Positions 24,027 through 36,739 are shown, counted from the first letter of the whole stretch. The stretch: DNA of 63,047 bases, filler included, from Craspedostauros australis (GCA_030167865.1; 19 parts of 19 records of this genome joined end to end with filler, not necessarily neighbours in it); one strand, 5' to 3'. Numbers and translations: made by a program. The notes: a model not told the origin generated them from the letters alone.

Positions 24027-24657
24027 CTTGCCTTCGGTATTCTGCTATTTGGAATAGATTATATAATACACTGCAATACAATGCAACGCAGTGTGATCGA
24101 CTATATTGGTAAGTTGACGTCAGGCAAGGGAACGATGGGATCGGCAGGTGTCTCTCCGCTCGTGCTCTGGCCCGAAGTTGGGTTGTGTTGAGTTGTGTTC
24201 GGCAGAAGTGTCGCCAAGGACAACGAACGCGTTGGCCTTGGGTTCGGTTTTGGAAACAAAATTTAGCGGTTGGCGTTGTTGGCAAATCTCGTTTTTTGTG
24301 TGGTTGGTTCGTCATCCGTTCAAGTAATTGGTGAATCAATGTCCATTCATGACTCGATGAGAACGTGACTGGGTATCTTCTTTCTCCGTGAATGAAGGTG
24401 CAAACACTTCCCACACCCGTGAGAAACATCAACATCAACATGAGCACTCCCACCTGACTTTGACAACGGTTGGCGACATCGTTGACAGCATCGTTGACAA
24501 CCCCTCTGTTGACGATGTTGCCAGCCCCGGCGCTGCCTGCCACAACAGCCACAGACAGCAGCGACTATCTTCCTGTTGTGTGAGCAATCCTCGACATTGC
24601 TCATAAAAATGCAGTATTAGTATTTTACATTCGAAACCAAACAAGAACAAAACAGCA

Positions 24658-25722
24658 ATGACAGCAGAAACAAGCAACATGGTGGCAGCCGGCAGCAGCG
24701 ACAATGGCAGCGACAGCGAGAACATCCCGACCATCAGCCTGAGCCCCATCGACGAATTCCTTCGCGATCCTGACCAAATCCAGGCCTTGCAGCACGCAGC
24801 CTTCGAGGTTGGCTTCTTCTACTTGGACAACCACGGCATCGATCAGAAGACCATCGACGGGGTCCTTGACCAAACCAAGGCCCTCTTCCAGCTTCCGGTT
24901 GAGAAGAAGCTGATGATGGTGGACCGCGCCATGAGTCGGGGATACCTGGCATTGGGCAACGAGACTTTGGACCCTGCTGTGCAGAAGGATAAGGGCGACA
25001 CGAAGGAGGGCTTCTACATTGGCAAGCACATTGCGGAGACCGATCCGATGTACGACGTCTCCAAGCTGCGCGGTCCCAACCAATGGCCGTCCGATGAGCA
25101 TGGCATTCCTGACTTCCAACCGACGATGGAACGGTACTATCAAACGGCAATGTCGGTGGGTCATCAGGTCGTCCAGATGCTCGCCGTGGCGCTGGATGTG
25201 GAGCCGACCTACTTTGATTCCCATTTCGAGAACCCCATCACCACGCTGCGGTTGAATCGATACGAACCCACCAAGAGCGATCCCGACAACGGCATTTTTG
25301 CATGCGGCGCGCACTCCGACTACGGCATGATCACGCTGCTGCTCACCGACGACAACCCGGGGTTGCAAATCTTGACCAAGCGCGGGGAATGGATCGACGT
25401 GCCGCCACAACCCAACAAGTTCGTCATCAACCTCGGCGATATGCTGGAGCGCTGGACGAATGGGAAATGCAGGAGCACGAAACACCGCGTGCTGAGCAAC
25501 GGGTCGCGAGCACGCTATTCCGCGCCCGTCTTTTACGATCCGTCGTTCGATGCGCTCGTGGAATGCCTTGACAATTGTCGCGACTATGACAGCGGCGAAC
25601 GCAACGCCGATGGGACCAAGCGCGTGCATCAGCTCGAGCCCATTACGGTCGGGGCGCATCTTCTGCAAAAGTACGAACAGACGCACAAAGAGTTTTCAAA
25701 CAATGATGCAAGCAGCAACTAA
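24658..25722 (+). CDS. 2-oxoglutarate/Fe(II)-dependent dioxygenase (IPNS/DIOX_N-like)
   Basis: IPTISLS, GFFYLDNHGI, GPNQWP, metal motif AHSD...KHRV, 2OG-binding RYS and VINLGDMLERWTNG. Confidence 0.93.
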   Translation: MTAETSNMVAAGSSDNGSDSENIPTISLSPIDEFLRDPDQIQALQHAAFEVGFFYLDNHGIDQKTIDGVLDQTKALFQLPVEKKLMMVDRAMSRGYLALGNETLDPAVQKDKGDTKEGFYIGKHIAETDPMYDVSKLRGPNQWPSDEHGIPDFQPTMERYYQTAMSVGHQVVQMLAVALDVEPTYFDSHFENPITTLRLNRYEPTKSDPDNGIFACGAHSDYGMITLLLTDDNPGLQILTKRGEWIDVPPQPNKFVINLGDMLERWTNGKCRSTKHRVLSNGSRARYSAPVFYDPSFDALVECLDNCRDYDSGERNADGTKRVHQLEPITVGAHLLQKYEQTHKEFSNNDASSN

Positions 25723-26339
25723 TGATGGAGTCATGAAGTGCAGAACTTGTCAACCCTACGAGATTCCAACAATTACACAATGAATATATAGCAGAAGTAA
25801 TTTGCCAATGAAACACTGATCGTACGAGTATGTTGCTCCAATCAATTTGCGTAGTAATGACCGATCAGCACCTCAGAATAACACTTTACAGATGAAATCA
25901 CCTCAATCCTGCCGTGTTTTCAATTCACAGACCATGGCACTGCCACGGCGCTCTCTTGTTTTGAAAGCGCGATTCCAAGGCTCCATTCAAGTCTCTCTCC
26001 GACCCAGCTCGCAGGGCATGCAATCGCACCACCGGTTTTTGTTCGGCGAGCCCCATTGTGCATCTTTCCTGCCGATGGAGCAAGCGGGCTCAGCTTGTGG
26101 TCTGCGCTTTGCCATCGGTGATCCAACCAGGCACTTGATCGCCTGCCACTGTTCGAATTGGAGTCATCGGCTGGCTTCGCGTCATCATGCGCAGCCGTTT
26201 CATGCTGCGAGTGGAGTAGTCGTAGATCCGGTGAGCTATNNNNNNNNNNNNNNNNNNNNNNNNNNNNNNNNNNNNNNNNNNNNTTAATTAATTAANNNNN
26301 NNNNNNNNNNNNNNNNNNNNNNNNNNNNNNNNNNNNNNN

Positions 26340-27253
26340 AAGAGAATGAACACAAACACAGCAGCCACAAGAGGACCAACATCAGCATTGGAGAAGACCG
26401 ACTCAAATCCTTCTAAACCGAGAACAGGACAGACACCATCTTCTTGTGTGAACAGGGCGACCAACAACAACCAATCAAGACAAACGCCGAAGTCCTCATG
26501 ATCACCGTCCCATCCATTCAGACACTGATTGACAAAGGAATCCAACATCAGAATGCGAATGATGGCACCCAAGACGGCACGGCCCCCATGGAAGTAACCA
26601 TCCCTCTTCCCAACCTTCAACCAAAACACATCCGATACATCCTCCAATGCATCTACACAGGTGAGATATCCTTTGATGACAGCGTTCGTGACAACGCTGC
26701 TGCTCACGTCGGAGCTTACGCCGACGCTCACCACGACGCAGGTGCCTCTCACCAGTCAACTTCCACTCTCGCTGGACAAGATGATCTGCAACAGTTGATC
26801 CTTGTGGCCAACGAAGTTGGCTTCTGGCGACTCAAGCTTGTTCTTGAAGTGGAGTTGGCCTGCAAGCATCTCACAGAGGACACCATGATAGATGCGTTGA
26901 TATTCGCCCATCAACACAACTGCTTGGTGTTGAAGAATGTAGCAATGCAAACGGCAGTTGCAAGTGAGAAAGATATGTTCACTCATCCAGATTTCAGCGA
27001 GCTGAGTCCACACCATCAACTGATGGGAGGTATTCATGTCCTTCGCAGTGGGGGAACGGAGAGTGATGGTATTGATGATGAGTATGGTGGCATGTTCATG
27101 ATGGAGCTGCACAAGGATACGGACCAGGATGAGGGTACTGCACAAATGGATTCATACATGGATCGGGTGACATTGGTGGACTTCGTCTGCTCTATGAGAC
27201 CCAAATCATCCAATTTGGTTGAGACGGACGGCGCTGCTGAACAAGAGGAGTGA
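26340..27253 (+). pseudogene. BTB/POZ-domain protein, copy 1, with in-frame stop near the domain start
   Basis: Frame reads IGEDRLKSF*TENRTDTIFLC (TAA 26414-26416), then PKHIRYILQCIYTGE...LILVANEVGFWRLKLVLEVEL...LIFAHQHNCLVLK, typical of BTB plus BACK-like region. Confidence 0.65.
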
Positions 27254-28078
27254 AGTGTCATATCATATCATATCATGCCATAGCAGCAGTCTTCAAGAAG
27301 TGAACGCACGACGGATTGAGTCGATGGATAACAATAGTCGTCAGAATAGTCGTTAGGATAGTGACTGTGTGAAAGGAGCTGGACCAATTCGTGATCCATT
27401 CATTCAATGGTGCGTCCGGCATGCTTTCACCGTTGCTTTTGGTGATCCGCACAGCATGCTGCTCCATGCACTCCCGTATCGTTTGCAGAACGGTCCGGCT
27501 GAAACGCAAGCTACTCAGGATCTTCTGTTCATGAATTGCAGATGATCCTGGTTGGCGTCCGGCACGTTGCTGTGCATCATCATTGGCCAAGGCGACATGA
27601 AGAAGATGGTTCAGCCACTGCTGTCATCGTCGTGGTCGTCATTGCCGATCATACAGTTTCCGCGTTCGTTCGTTCGTTTCGTTGGTGTGGAAAGAGTTGT
27701 GTGGGAAACGATGGTGGACCTCGCGGGCGTCATGCATGGCTTGTTGGAATCGAATCCAACTTGATGAAGTGGAGCGTACTGCGACTGTCAGCTTGTTGTT
27801 GGTGGTGGTGGTGATGCTACAGTTTGTGCATTATGTCGCGCAGGGCACAAGCGTATGCCGGTTGCTGCATGGTTTTCGAAATGGCGGACAAAGATGATGA
27901 GCCATGGGAGAAGTTGCCGCCGTCATTGCACACGATTTCTTTGATCTGTGGATCCGATGAGAGCATGCCTCTGTCTCANNNNNNNNNNNNNNNNNNNNNN
28001 NNNNNNNNNNNNNNNNNNNNNNTTAATTAATTAANNNNNNNNNNNNNNNNNNNNNNNNNNNNNNNNNNNNNNNNNNNN

Positions 28079-28992
28079 AAGAGAATGAACACAAACACAG
28101 CAGCCACAAGAGGACCAACATCAGCATTGGAGAAGACCGACTCAAATCCTTCTAAACCGAGAACAGGACAGACACCATCTTCTTGTGTGAACAGGGCGAC
28201 CAACAACAACCAATCAAGACAAACGCCGAAGTCCTCATGATCACCGTCCCATCCATTCAGACACTGATTGACAAAGGAATCCAACATCAGAATGCGAATG
28301 ATGGCACCCAAGACGGCACGGCCCCCATGGAAGTAACCATCCCTCTTCCCAACCTTCAACCAAAACACATCCGATACATCCTCCAATGCATCTACACAGG
28401 TGAGATATCCTTTGATGACAGCGTTCGTGACAACGCTGCTGCTCACGTCGGAGCTTACGCCGACGCTCACCACGACGCAGGTGCCTCTCACCAGTCAACT
28501 TTCACCCTCGCTGGACAAGATGATCTGCAACAGCTGATCCTTGTGGCCAACGAGTTTGGCTTCTGGCGACTCAAGCTTGTTCTTGAAGTGGAGTTGGCCT
28601 GCAAGCATCTCACAGAAGACACCATGATAGATGTGTTGATATTCGCTCATCAGCACAACTGCGTGGTGTTGAAGGATGCAGCAATGCAAACGGCAGTTGC
28701 AAGTGAGAAAGATATGTTCACTCATCCAGATTTAAGCAAACTGATTCTACAACCTCAACTGATGACGGAGATCCAAGTGTTTTGCAGTGGGAGAGCCGAG
28801 AGTGATTGTACTGATGATGCGTACAGTCATATATCCATGATGCAGTTATACAACATCACAGATGAGGACAAGGGTACAGCACAAATGGATTCATACATGG
28901 GTCGGACGATATTGGTAGACTTCGTCTGCTCTATGAGAACCAAATCATCCAATTTGGTTGAGACGGACGGCGCTGCTGAACAAGAGGAGTGA
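28079..28992 (+). pseudogene. BTB/POZ-domain protein, copy 2, same in-frame stop
   Basis: Same frame and same TAA (28153-28155). The C-terminal third diverges from copy 1. Confidence 0.65.
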
Positions 28993-29812
28993 AGTGCCAC
29001 ACCAGACCATGCCATAACAGAAGTCTTCGAGAAGTAAACGCACGACGGATTGAGTCGATGGATAACAATAGTCGTCAGAATAGTCGTTAGGATAGTGACT
29101 GTGTGAAAGGAGCTGGACCAATTCGTGATCCATTCATTCAATGGTGCGTCCGGCATGCTTTCACCGTTGCTTTTGGTGATCCGCACAGCATGCTGCTCCA
29201 TGCACTCCCGTATCGTTTGCAGAACGGTCCGGCTGAAACGCAAGCTACTCAGGATCTTCTGTTCATGAATTGCAGATGATCCTGGTTGGCGTCCGGCACG
29301 TTGCTGTGCATCATCATTGGCCAAGGCGACATGAAGAAGATGGTTCAGCCACTGCTGTCATCGTCGTGGTCGTCATTGCCGATCATACAGTTTCCGCGTT
29401 CGTTCGTTCGTTTCGTTGGTGTGGAAAGAGTTGTGTGGGAAACGATGGTGGACCTCGCGGGCGTCATGCATGGCTTGTTGGAATCGAATCCAACTTGATG
29501 AAGTGGAGCGTACTGCGACTGTCAGCTTGTTGTTGGTGGTGGTGGTGATGCTACAGTTTGTGCATTATGTCGCGCAGGGCACAAGCGTATGCCGGTTGCT
29601 GCATGGTTTTCGAAATGGCGGACAAAGATGATGAGCCATGGGAGAAGTTGCCGCCGTCATTGCACACGATTTCTTTGATCTGTGGATCCGATGAGAGCAT
29701 GCCTCTGTCTCANNNNNNNNNNNNNNNNNNNNNNNNNNNNNNNNNNNNNNNNNNNNTTAATTAATTAANNNNNNNNNNNNNNNNNNNNNNNNNNNNNNNN
29801 NNNNNNNNNNNN

Positions 29813-30916
29813 AATGTTTCCCAGTAGTTGACACCATATTGTTGCTCTCCTCCATGCACGCATAGCCGTGCTTTCCACTTGTAGATCTCGCCGGTTGCGA
29901 GTCTGCGTTTGCGTTTGAATGACCAGACGGCTTTCAGGATCTTGTGCCCTTTTGGCACTTGATTGCGTTGCACGACCTCCCAATGCTGTCTGGACTGGTG
30001 GTCTTCGATCTCTTTGTGCATTGCCTCGATGAATTTGTCGCGGTCGTTCTGCTTCTGCATTTGCCCCCAGTACATGGTGTCATCGTCTGCGAGCGTTGCT
30101 GCGAATGACATGGGGTGCAGATCACCAGAGTTCATGTTGAGGATGTTGGATGCATGGAAGGATCGAGCTGTGTGCGTGTGGTATGATTGGAGTTGGAGTG
30201 TAAGCTGGTTGGTGTCTGCACGTTCTGTTGCGGATGGAGCGGATCGTGATGTGTTCTGCGTGGTGATGGCGTGTGTAGGCGTAGCTCCCTCTGAAGGCGA
30301 GCTTGCTGACTGTCTCGGAAGACGTTGCCTCGGAAGACTGTGCCCCGGAAGGCTGGACCTCGGAAGGTTGTGCCTCGGGAGGCTTTGCAACTTGTGCTGC
30401 ATGTCAAGCTGGAATGGCTTGGCGTCAGGTGCAGCGTGTGTGGCCCCTGGAGGACGCGTGCTTGCAGAAAGCTGGTGCTGAACAGCACGTGTGATGCGTT
30501 CGGAGCGCATCTGTTGCGAGGGCTTGGCCGGTTCGTCAATGTGCGTGAGACGCTGCCACTGTGATGCGCCAGGACGCATTAGCGGGTTGGTCTTGACTGT
30601 TTGGAACCTGTCGTCGAAGTTCAGATGGAACTGTGGCGAAATGTACCCTGTGTCGATCTTGAGAACGATAGGTACGCTGCTCGCATGTTCAGCTGACATG
30701 CCAAGGAAGATGGCGATGTTGGCGCGGCTGCTCCACTTGGGAACCTGAGATCCCTGTTGGAGTGCGGCCTTGAGGATGTATACAGGGCATCCAAATGTGT
30801 GAAAGTGTTGCATTGAGGGTCGGACCTCGATCTGTGCGAATCGCTGGAGTGGCGATATACCTCCCTCTCGAGCAGCGTTCCTTCGGATCTCGGAGGCGTA
30901 GCGCAGAGCATACGGC
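29813..30916 (-). mobile_element. Ty1/Copia (CoDi-like) pol fragment, integrase C-terminus to RT start
   Basis: Open across the contig: PYALRYA, FHTFGCPVYIL, KWSSRANIAIFLG, TGYISPQFHLNFDDRF, FIEAMHKEI and VWSFKRKR...KWKARLCVHGGEQ. Confidence 0.92.
30308..30382. repeat. 15-bp tandem repeat x5 in the pol linker (LPRxx)
   Basis: CGGAAG-like core at 30316, 30331, 30346, 30361 and 30376, encoding LPRHN LPRSS LPGHS LPRQR LPRQS. Confidence 0.85.
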
Positions 30917-31016
30917 NNNNNNNNNNNNNNNNNNNNNNNNNNNNNNNNNNNNNNNNNNNNTTAATTAATTAANNNNNNNNNNNNNNNNNNNNNNNNNNNN
31001 NNNNNNNNNNNNNNNN

Positions 31017-32267
31017 CGCCGCTTTGTAGATTGGCCGCACTCCTTTGAAGAACCTTTTCAAGTTAGTCATATCTGTTGGGAATGACTCCATTGCGTGCAC
31101 TATCGTTTGGTCTTCGTAAGGGTTCCAAGGCAGCAGTTTTGCTGTCGCGTTCACCCGTTGGATTGATCGTAAGAACTCTTTGCATGATGCAATAGCTGCG
31201 TCGATCGCCGTGCCTGCGTCGTTGGCGCCATCTCCTCCTTCGATCATCATCTGTACGTCGCAGTAGCGTGTCTCGATTGCTTCGCTTTCGCGTGCTCGGC
31301 TCCTTCCGATCCCACTCTCGTTGCTTCCAGCTTGTGTTTCGTCGTCACAATCCATTGGTGGGTGGATGTTGTCCCGCCCGATTTCTCCAATTGCCTGTGG
31401 TGTCGATGGTGTTGCGTTCGTCGTTTTTTCCTTGTCCTCCGGTGTTTTCTCCTGCGTCGCTTCCGCCTCTGGCTCTTCGTCCCGTAGGTCTGTTCGTTTG
31501 GCCGGCAGCTCCACCGCTGTTGAATGTCGCGGGCTTCTTTCCGTTCTCTTCTTGCTGCCTCCTTGATCCAGTGTCTCTTCTCCCGTTTCCACTGCCGTGT
31601 TGTCCCCTCCGGCTCCTTCCTCCCACGTGTCCGCCCATTCATTCTCTTCGTCGCTGCTCGTGTCCTCTCCCCCTTTCGCTGCTTTTGGTTTGTTCGTTCC
31701 TCCACTCGTCCCGTCACGTTGTTGCCCTGCCTCTGCTCCATCTTGCTTTCCATTGTCCTTGTCTTTGTTGCCCTTCGTTGCCTTGATCTCTTTCATCTTG
31801 CCCCACTTCTTGCTCAGCGCCTTGCGTATTGCCTCCGTTGCTGCTCCAACGCTTCGTTGCCCTGCATTCGTTGTCTGTACTGTGATGTTGTCGTTTTCGA
31901 TGCACTGTGTACACACCACTGGGAATCCTCTTGGTGTCACCAAGCCTTCTTCTGGCTTGATCCATGCTCTGCATTCCCTGTGCGCCGGTACGCCGCACAT
32001 GATACATCGCACAGCTGCTGCTGCCTGTCCTCTTCCCTTGCAGTACTTGCCTGCGGCGCATTCTACCTTGCGAATGCCTCGTCCTTGCTTTCCATCTTTC
32101 TCGCCCTGTTGGCCCCCGTTAGTCATCGCGTCTTGCCCTGTCTTCTCCTCTGCTCCTCCTGGTCTGTTGCTCTTCGCCCTATTGCTATTGATGCCGCCTC
32201 TGACATACGCTTCCATCGGCATTTGGCCTGTTGGTCGCGTCATCTTGCTGCTCCTCGTCGTCGTCAT
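31017..32267 (-). CDS. PHD-like zinc-finger protein, probable non-LTR retrotransposon ORF1, 3' truncated
   Basis: C4HC3 pattern CAAGKYC...CIMC..PAHREC...CTQC (31902-32060), an acidic linker, then YCDVQ...AIASCKEFL...AKLLPWN, similar to the decayed ORF at 59087-59875. Confidence 0.55.
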
Positions 32268-32887
32268 GTCGTCGTTGTTTTACTGGTTGTTTTTGCTGTT
32301 TGGTGTTTGTCTTCAATTTGTTTATTCGTGGTTTATTTGCTGCGACAATTTCTTCCGGAAGTTGGTTCCATCTGGAAATTGTCCTCTGCCTACTCTACTC
32401 GCAAGTTCTTGACATTGCTTTCTACGTCTCTAAGTCTCTTCATGTGGCTTGCGTTTTGTGCTGTGTTTGGACTTGTTGTGAGTCAATGCAACTCCTCTAC
32501 TCTGCTCTGCTCTGTTCTATTCTGTGTTCCTATCTTGCATCGTTCAGTCTATACTTACAGCTTTTGTAAACACACACGAAATACACTCCCAAAGCGCATC
32601 GTCTTTCTGGCGTGAGCATGGCAGACCACAACGTGCATACACGCGAATTCGCTACAAATACGACAATCACACATTTCCACAGATGGAGCTATTCAAAATC
32701 AAATCACAACAGTACCAACAACAACACACAACAACCATACCTGCACGCACAACCGCACAAACAAGGACTCCACACAAACCATTCAAGATCCATGGACGAA
32801 TCCTCACAGCCGCAAACACACCACTGCACGAGTAGGTCATAGAATACTTGACTCCACTCTAATCTACTCTGATGGACACCATCTATC

Positions 32888-35800
32888 ATGCCGTTCTCCC
32901 CTGCGAATAAGCGCAGCATCAGCCAGGGCAGCAACCTGTCCACCAACTCAAGCTCGCTGGCTGCGACATCTGCGTCCATCAACGACAAGAGACAGCTCGT
33001 GAGACCATCTGCACACATTCCCTGGTCGGTGGATGTGGTGTCAGCCGTTCCACGGGCGTTGGGAACCAGCGCTTCGCTGCTTGTGGATGCGGCCGCTTCC
33101 GCCTCCTGCCCTGGATGGGCCTGCGTGGCATCCCATGATGGTTACGTCCATGTCTGGCAACCCAAGACCACGTCTCTGGTCCAAGAACGAGTGCAAGGAC
33201 CCAGGGACTTTCGGAAGATCTATCTTCCCCACCTCAATCTCAATACTGGACCTGATCCGACCTCAGCATCAGAACCAGCTCCAGCGCCAGCACCAGCACG
33301 AGTACGTCCGTCAAATCAAGGATCCGATAGCCCGGCGGCTACCAACGCTACAGACCAACGCATCTTCCTGGGTCTGCGAGCATCGATTGGGGATCGCGGA
33401 GATGCAGTCAACCTCTTCGCTCTGCATGCCGCAACCGGGATCTTGACACTGAGGAAGATCACCAAGGCTGATCTGCACTCTCGGTTGCCTCTGCCTGGCA
33501 AGACGACCACTGTGCGCATCGATCTGGAGGAAGGGGAGAGCGCGACGACGCTGTCCATCTCGCCAAATGGTGGGATCGTGGTGATCGGAACATCGTGGGG
33601 TAGACTGTACTGGATCACGCATACTCTCGTTCCCGCCGGCTTACACGTTCGTCTGATGCAGGATAGCTCTGCTTCATCCGGGATTCTGTCACGCATCGCA
33701 TCTGGATTGGTGTCCACCGTTTCATATGGCACCGGTGTTGGCAGTGGCAGTGGCAAGACACCGAGCATCGGTCATCCCATCCAACAGATCATCATCAAAT
33801 CCACCCCATCGTCGACCAAGGGTGGAGTTTACACGATGTACTCGGTCACGTCACCGGGAGATGTCACCCGATGGATGATCACTCCAACCGTGGCAGATGC
33901 CCACCACGCATCTTTCGCTGCGTGCCAGATCGGGAATCTCCTCGTCAATCACAACAACCGCCAATTGACTGCCCAACAACCATGGCTGTTTGCAGGAGGT
34001 CTCAGCAACAATGGCAACGTCAGCATCAACGTCATTCGAGTCACTCTCAGCGATGCACCATCGTCATCATCGTTGGCATCGTCGAGTGGAATTGAGATGT
34101 CTGATGATACCATGATGGGTGGTAACAAAGAGCATGATTCCATCCATGCAATCGTCCGTGCCAACCGTGGCAACGAGTCCAAGCTCTTTTGGTTGGAAGG
34201 TACAATCATCTCTGACACCACCGCCACCACCGACAACAGTAACAGCAGTTCTGGCAATGCCAAGTCTCGGTCTCCACCATCGTTCCGGTTAGTTCGGGCA
34301 CAGTGGCTCTCACGCTTTGCAGTTCCCTCTCACGTCCAGGTGCTGGCACTGCTATCAGCTGCGAATGGCATCGTCTACGGATCATTCTGCTCGCTGGCAT
34401 CCAACTCCATCAACCACAACACCAACATCATCATGGCAGTTTCGAGCAACAATAACATCAACAATACCAGCAACAGGGACAACAGCAACCGCGACAGCGA
34501 CAGCGATGTCGTTCACAGTGCTGACGGCAATCAGCAAGAGGGAGACATCATCCATGAGGTTGACTTGCCAACCACGCAAGTTCCCGCCCTGCTACCAGAT
34601 GCATTCGCAAAGGATACCGTCACACATGGCTTCACCGCGATCACAACATCGGGATTGGGAATCCGCGTCCGTCTCATTCGTTCCAGGTCCTCCAAATTCG
34701 GTCCTCCAATCAAACGGCTCCGAAGCGGCGACAGCGCAACCCCAGCCAGCATGGCACTCATCCAAACCCTCATGTCTCATCTGCGATCGGTCTTTTGGCA
34801 GTCCTATCAGAACACGGACGAATCCATCATCAACGGACGTCTGCTGCCACCCAGCCTCACGCAGGCCGATGCTGAGGACCTGGAGGTGGCCGTGATCGCT
34901 TTCGCCAAGGAGCTGCAGCACAAGGTGGACAAGTCATCGGCCCAGAACCCGCTGGAATGGCACGCCACGCTCATCCAGCTGCTGCAGAACGGCGGACTGT
35001 ACCGATCTCTGTCAACAACCTGCCGATACCAGCTTCTGTCAATCGGTCAGCAGCTGGCCGTCTTTGATACCTTGAGCAATCACCGAGCGGAGGGGTCGTG
35101 GGAGCAGGACCAGCTCTCCAAGCTGCAGTCATATGACATCGCAGATTGGCTGTTGAAGATCCTGACGCAGGAGGAGCAGACCAACTGGCCGCATGCTCCA
35201 ACATGGGCCTCGTGGCTGCACCACTGTCTGCACATGGCTTCATTCTACAGGGATGAGCGCGCCGTCACATTCTACGACGTCCCTGACGACCAGCCATTCG
35301 AGTTTGGATCCAGCACCGCCGCGGGCGAGTTCCGACCATTCCTGAGTCATCCATCCTTCCAGTCGGTGCTGCTGCGGCAGATCAAGCACCTCCGACGCGA
35401 GGCGTCACTGGGCGTGGGGTTGGACATGGATCAGGCGGAGACGGTGGTGGCAGCCACCCTTCGGTCGTTCGGAGAGTCTTGCGAAGACAGCGACAGAGAC
35501 TCGAAGAAGCAGTATGCCAAGGTGAAGGTGCTGTGCATTGGGTTGTTGCGGATGATCAACGGAGGCGACGATGAGACGGCGTTCGACCTGTCCGTGCAGT
35601 ATGGTCACTTCGAGGCCATCTGCCAGATATCCGCCGATCACGAGAAGAAGCGAGATGCATCCTCGTATGCGCTGGATCGGTTGCTGGATGAAACGGAACA
35701 GGTCGATCTGCTGTCCGGATCCACCTTTGCCCAGTTCGTGCTGCAGTGGCACGTCGACAAGGGCATGTTCGGTCACGTGCTGAACTACGGAAGGCACTCG

Positions 35801-36739
35801 CCGAAGGACCTCAACGCCCTCCTCAGGCAAGATGAGCGATTGCGACCGTACCGATGGGTCCAGCACATCCGGCAGGGTGATTACGACGGCGCCACTGATT
35901 CGTTGCTGCATCGATGTGCCGGTGTCGATGATGTCGATGATGCCAATCGTGCCGATGACATCACAGGCGACCGTCAAGAGGGCGCAAAGGGGATGGCCGC
36001 CACGACAAAGAACATCCTGTGGTCCTTGAGCATGGCCAAGCTGTCGCAGAGGTTGAACGTGACCAAGAGCCGAAGCGTGCTGGATCGCGGTGATGACATC
36101 GAGCGGCGTTTGGACCTCGTGAATTGTCAGCAGATGCTGACGGAAGGCGAATCCAGCAACGCGATGGATAGCGAAGCCGAGGCCCGCGTGACCACAGGAT
36201 CAGAAGCGCTGATGGCCCCGCACCAACTTGTCAAGGTCGCTCTGGACAAGCTCGGCAAGACGAGCCACACCGAGGAACGCGTCCGCCTGTGCTTCATTGC
36301 GCTGATGGTGTGCTCGTGCGTGGAGGATGAATCCTGGTCGCAGCGGATGGCCGCCGAGCTGTGGTCTTACTGCCTGTGGTGCGATACGCAGCTGTGGTTG
36401 GATTGGATTCGCACGCAGAAGGATCTGACCGACTCGAACCTGCGCGAGCTGGCCACGGAATCGACCGTGTTTGGCCAGGTGCTCGAGGAGCTCCGTGGCG
36501 TCTTGAAAGACCTTGCAAGTGCGAATACCAACGGCAATGGCAGTGGCAGCGCTTCCGGGCTTGCAAACGACGGCGGTCAAGGTCGAGGTCGAGGTCGCAA
36601 AGGGGATCGTACCGAGAATGGCGGGAGGCCTGGATCCCGTGCTTCATGTTTGAAGGCGGTGTGCTACGGGAAGCAGATGGAAGGCATGGTGCTGGAGAAA
36701 TGGGGCCACCCCAACAGCAGGTCTGAGATGATCCGTCTC
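32888..36739 (+). CDS. NUP133: Nucleoporin Nup133-like, 3' truncated
   Basis: Uninterrupted ORF of >1280 aa. N-terminal beta-propeller-like region (GWACVASHDGYVHVW, VVIGTSWGRL) and helical C-terminus with LSVQYGHFEAICQI, FAQFVLQWH, YRWVQHIRQGDYDGA and WSLSMAKL. Confidence 0.8.

Larger units (their letters stand above)
26340..29712 (+). repeat. Two near-duplicate contigs (26340-27978 and 28079-29712)
   Basis: Both begin AAGAGAATGAACAC and end CCTCTGTCTCA. Flanks appear identical and differences are confined to the middle. Confidence 0.95.

Noticed and set aside
24625..25686. 353-aa minus-strand ORF
   Set aside because: Antisense shadow of the 2OG-Fe(II) dioxygenase.
26340..29712. Apparent tandem duplication of the BTB gene
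   Set aside because: The copies are separate contigs split by a spacer, so tandem arrangement is not shown.
31524..32615. 363-aa hydrophobic plus-strand ORF
   Set aside because: Antisense to the purine-rich PHD ORF; a composition artefact.
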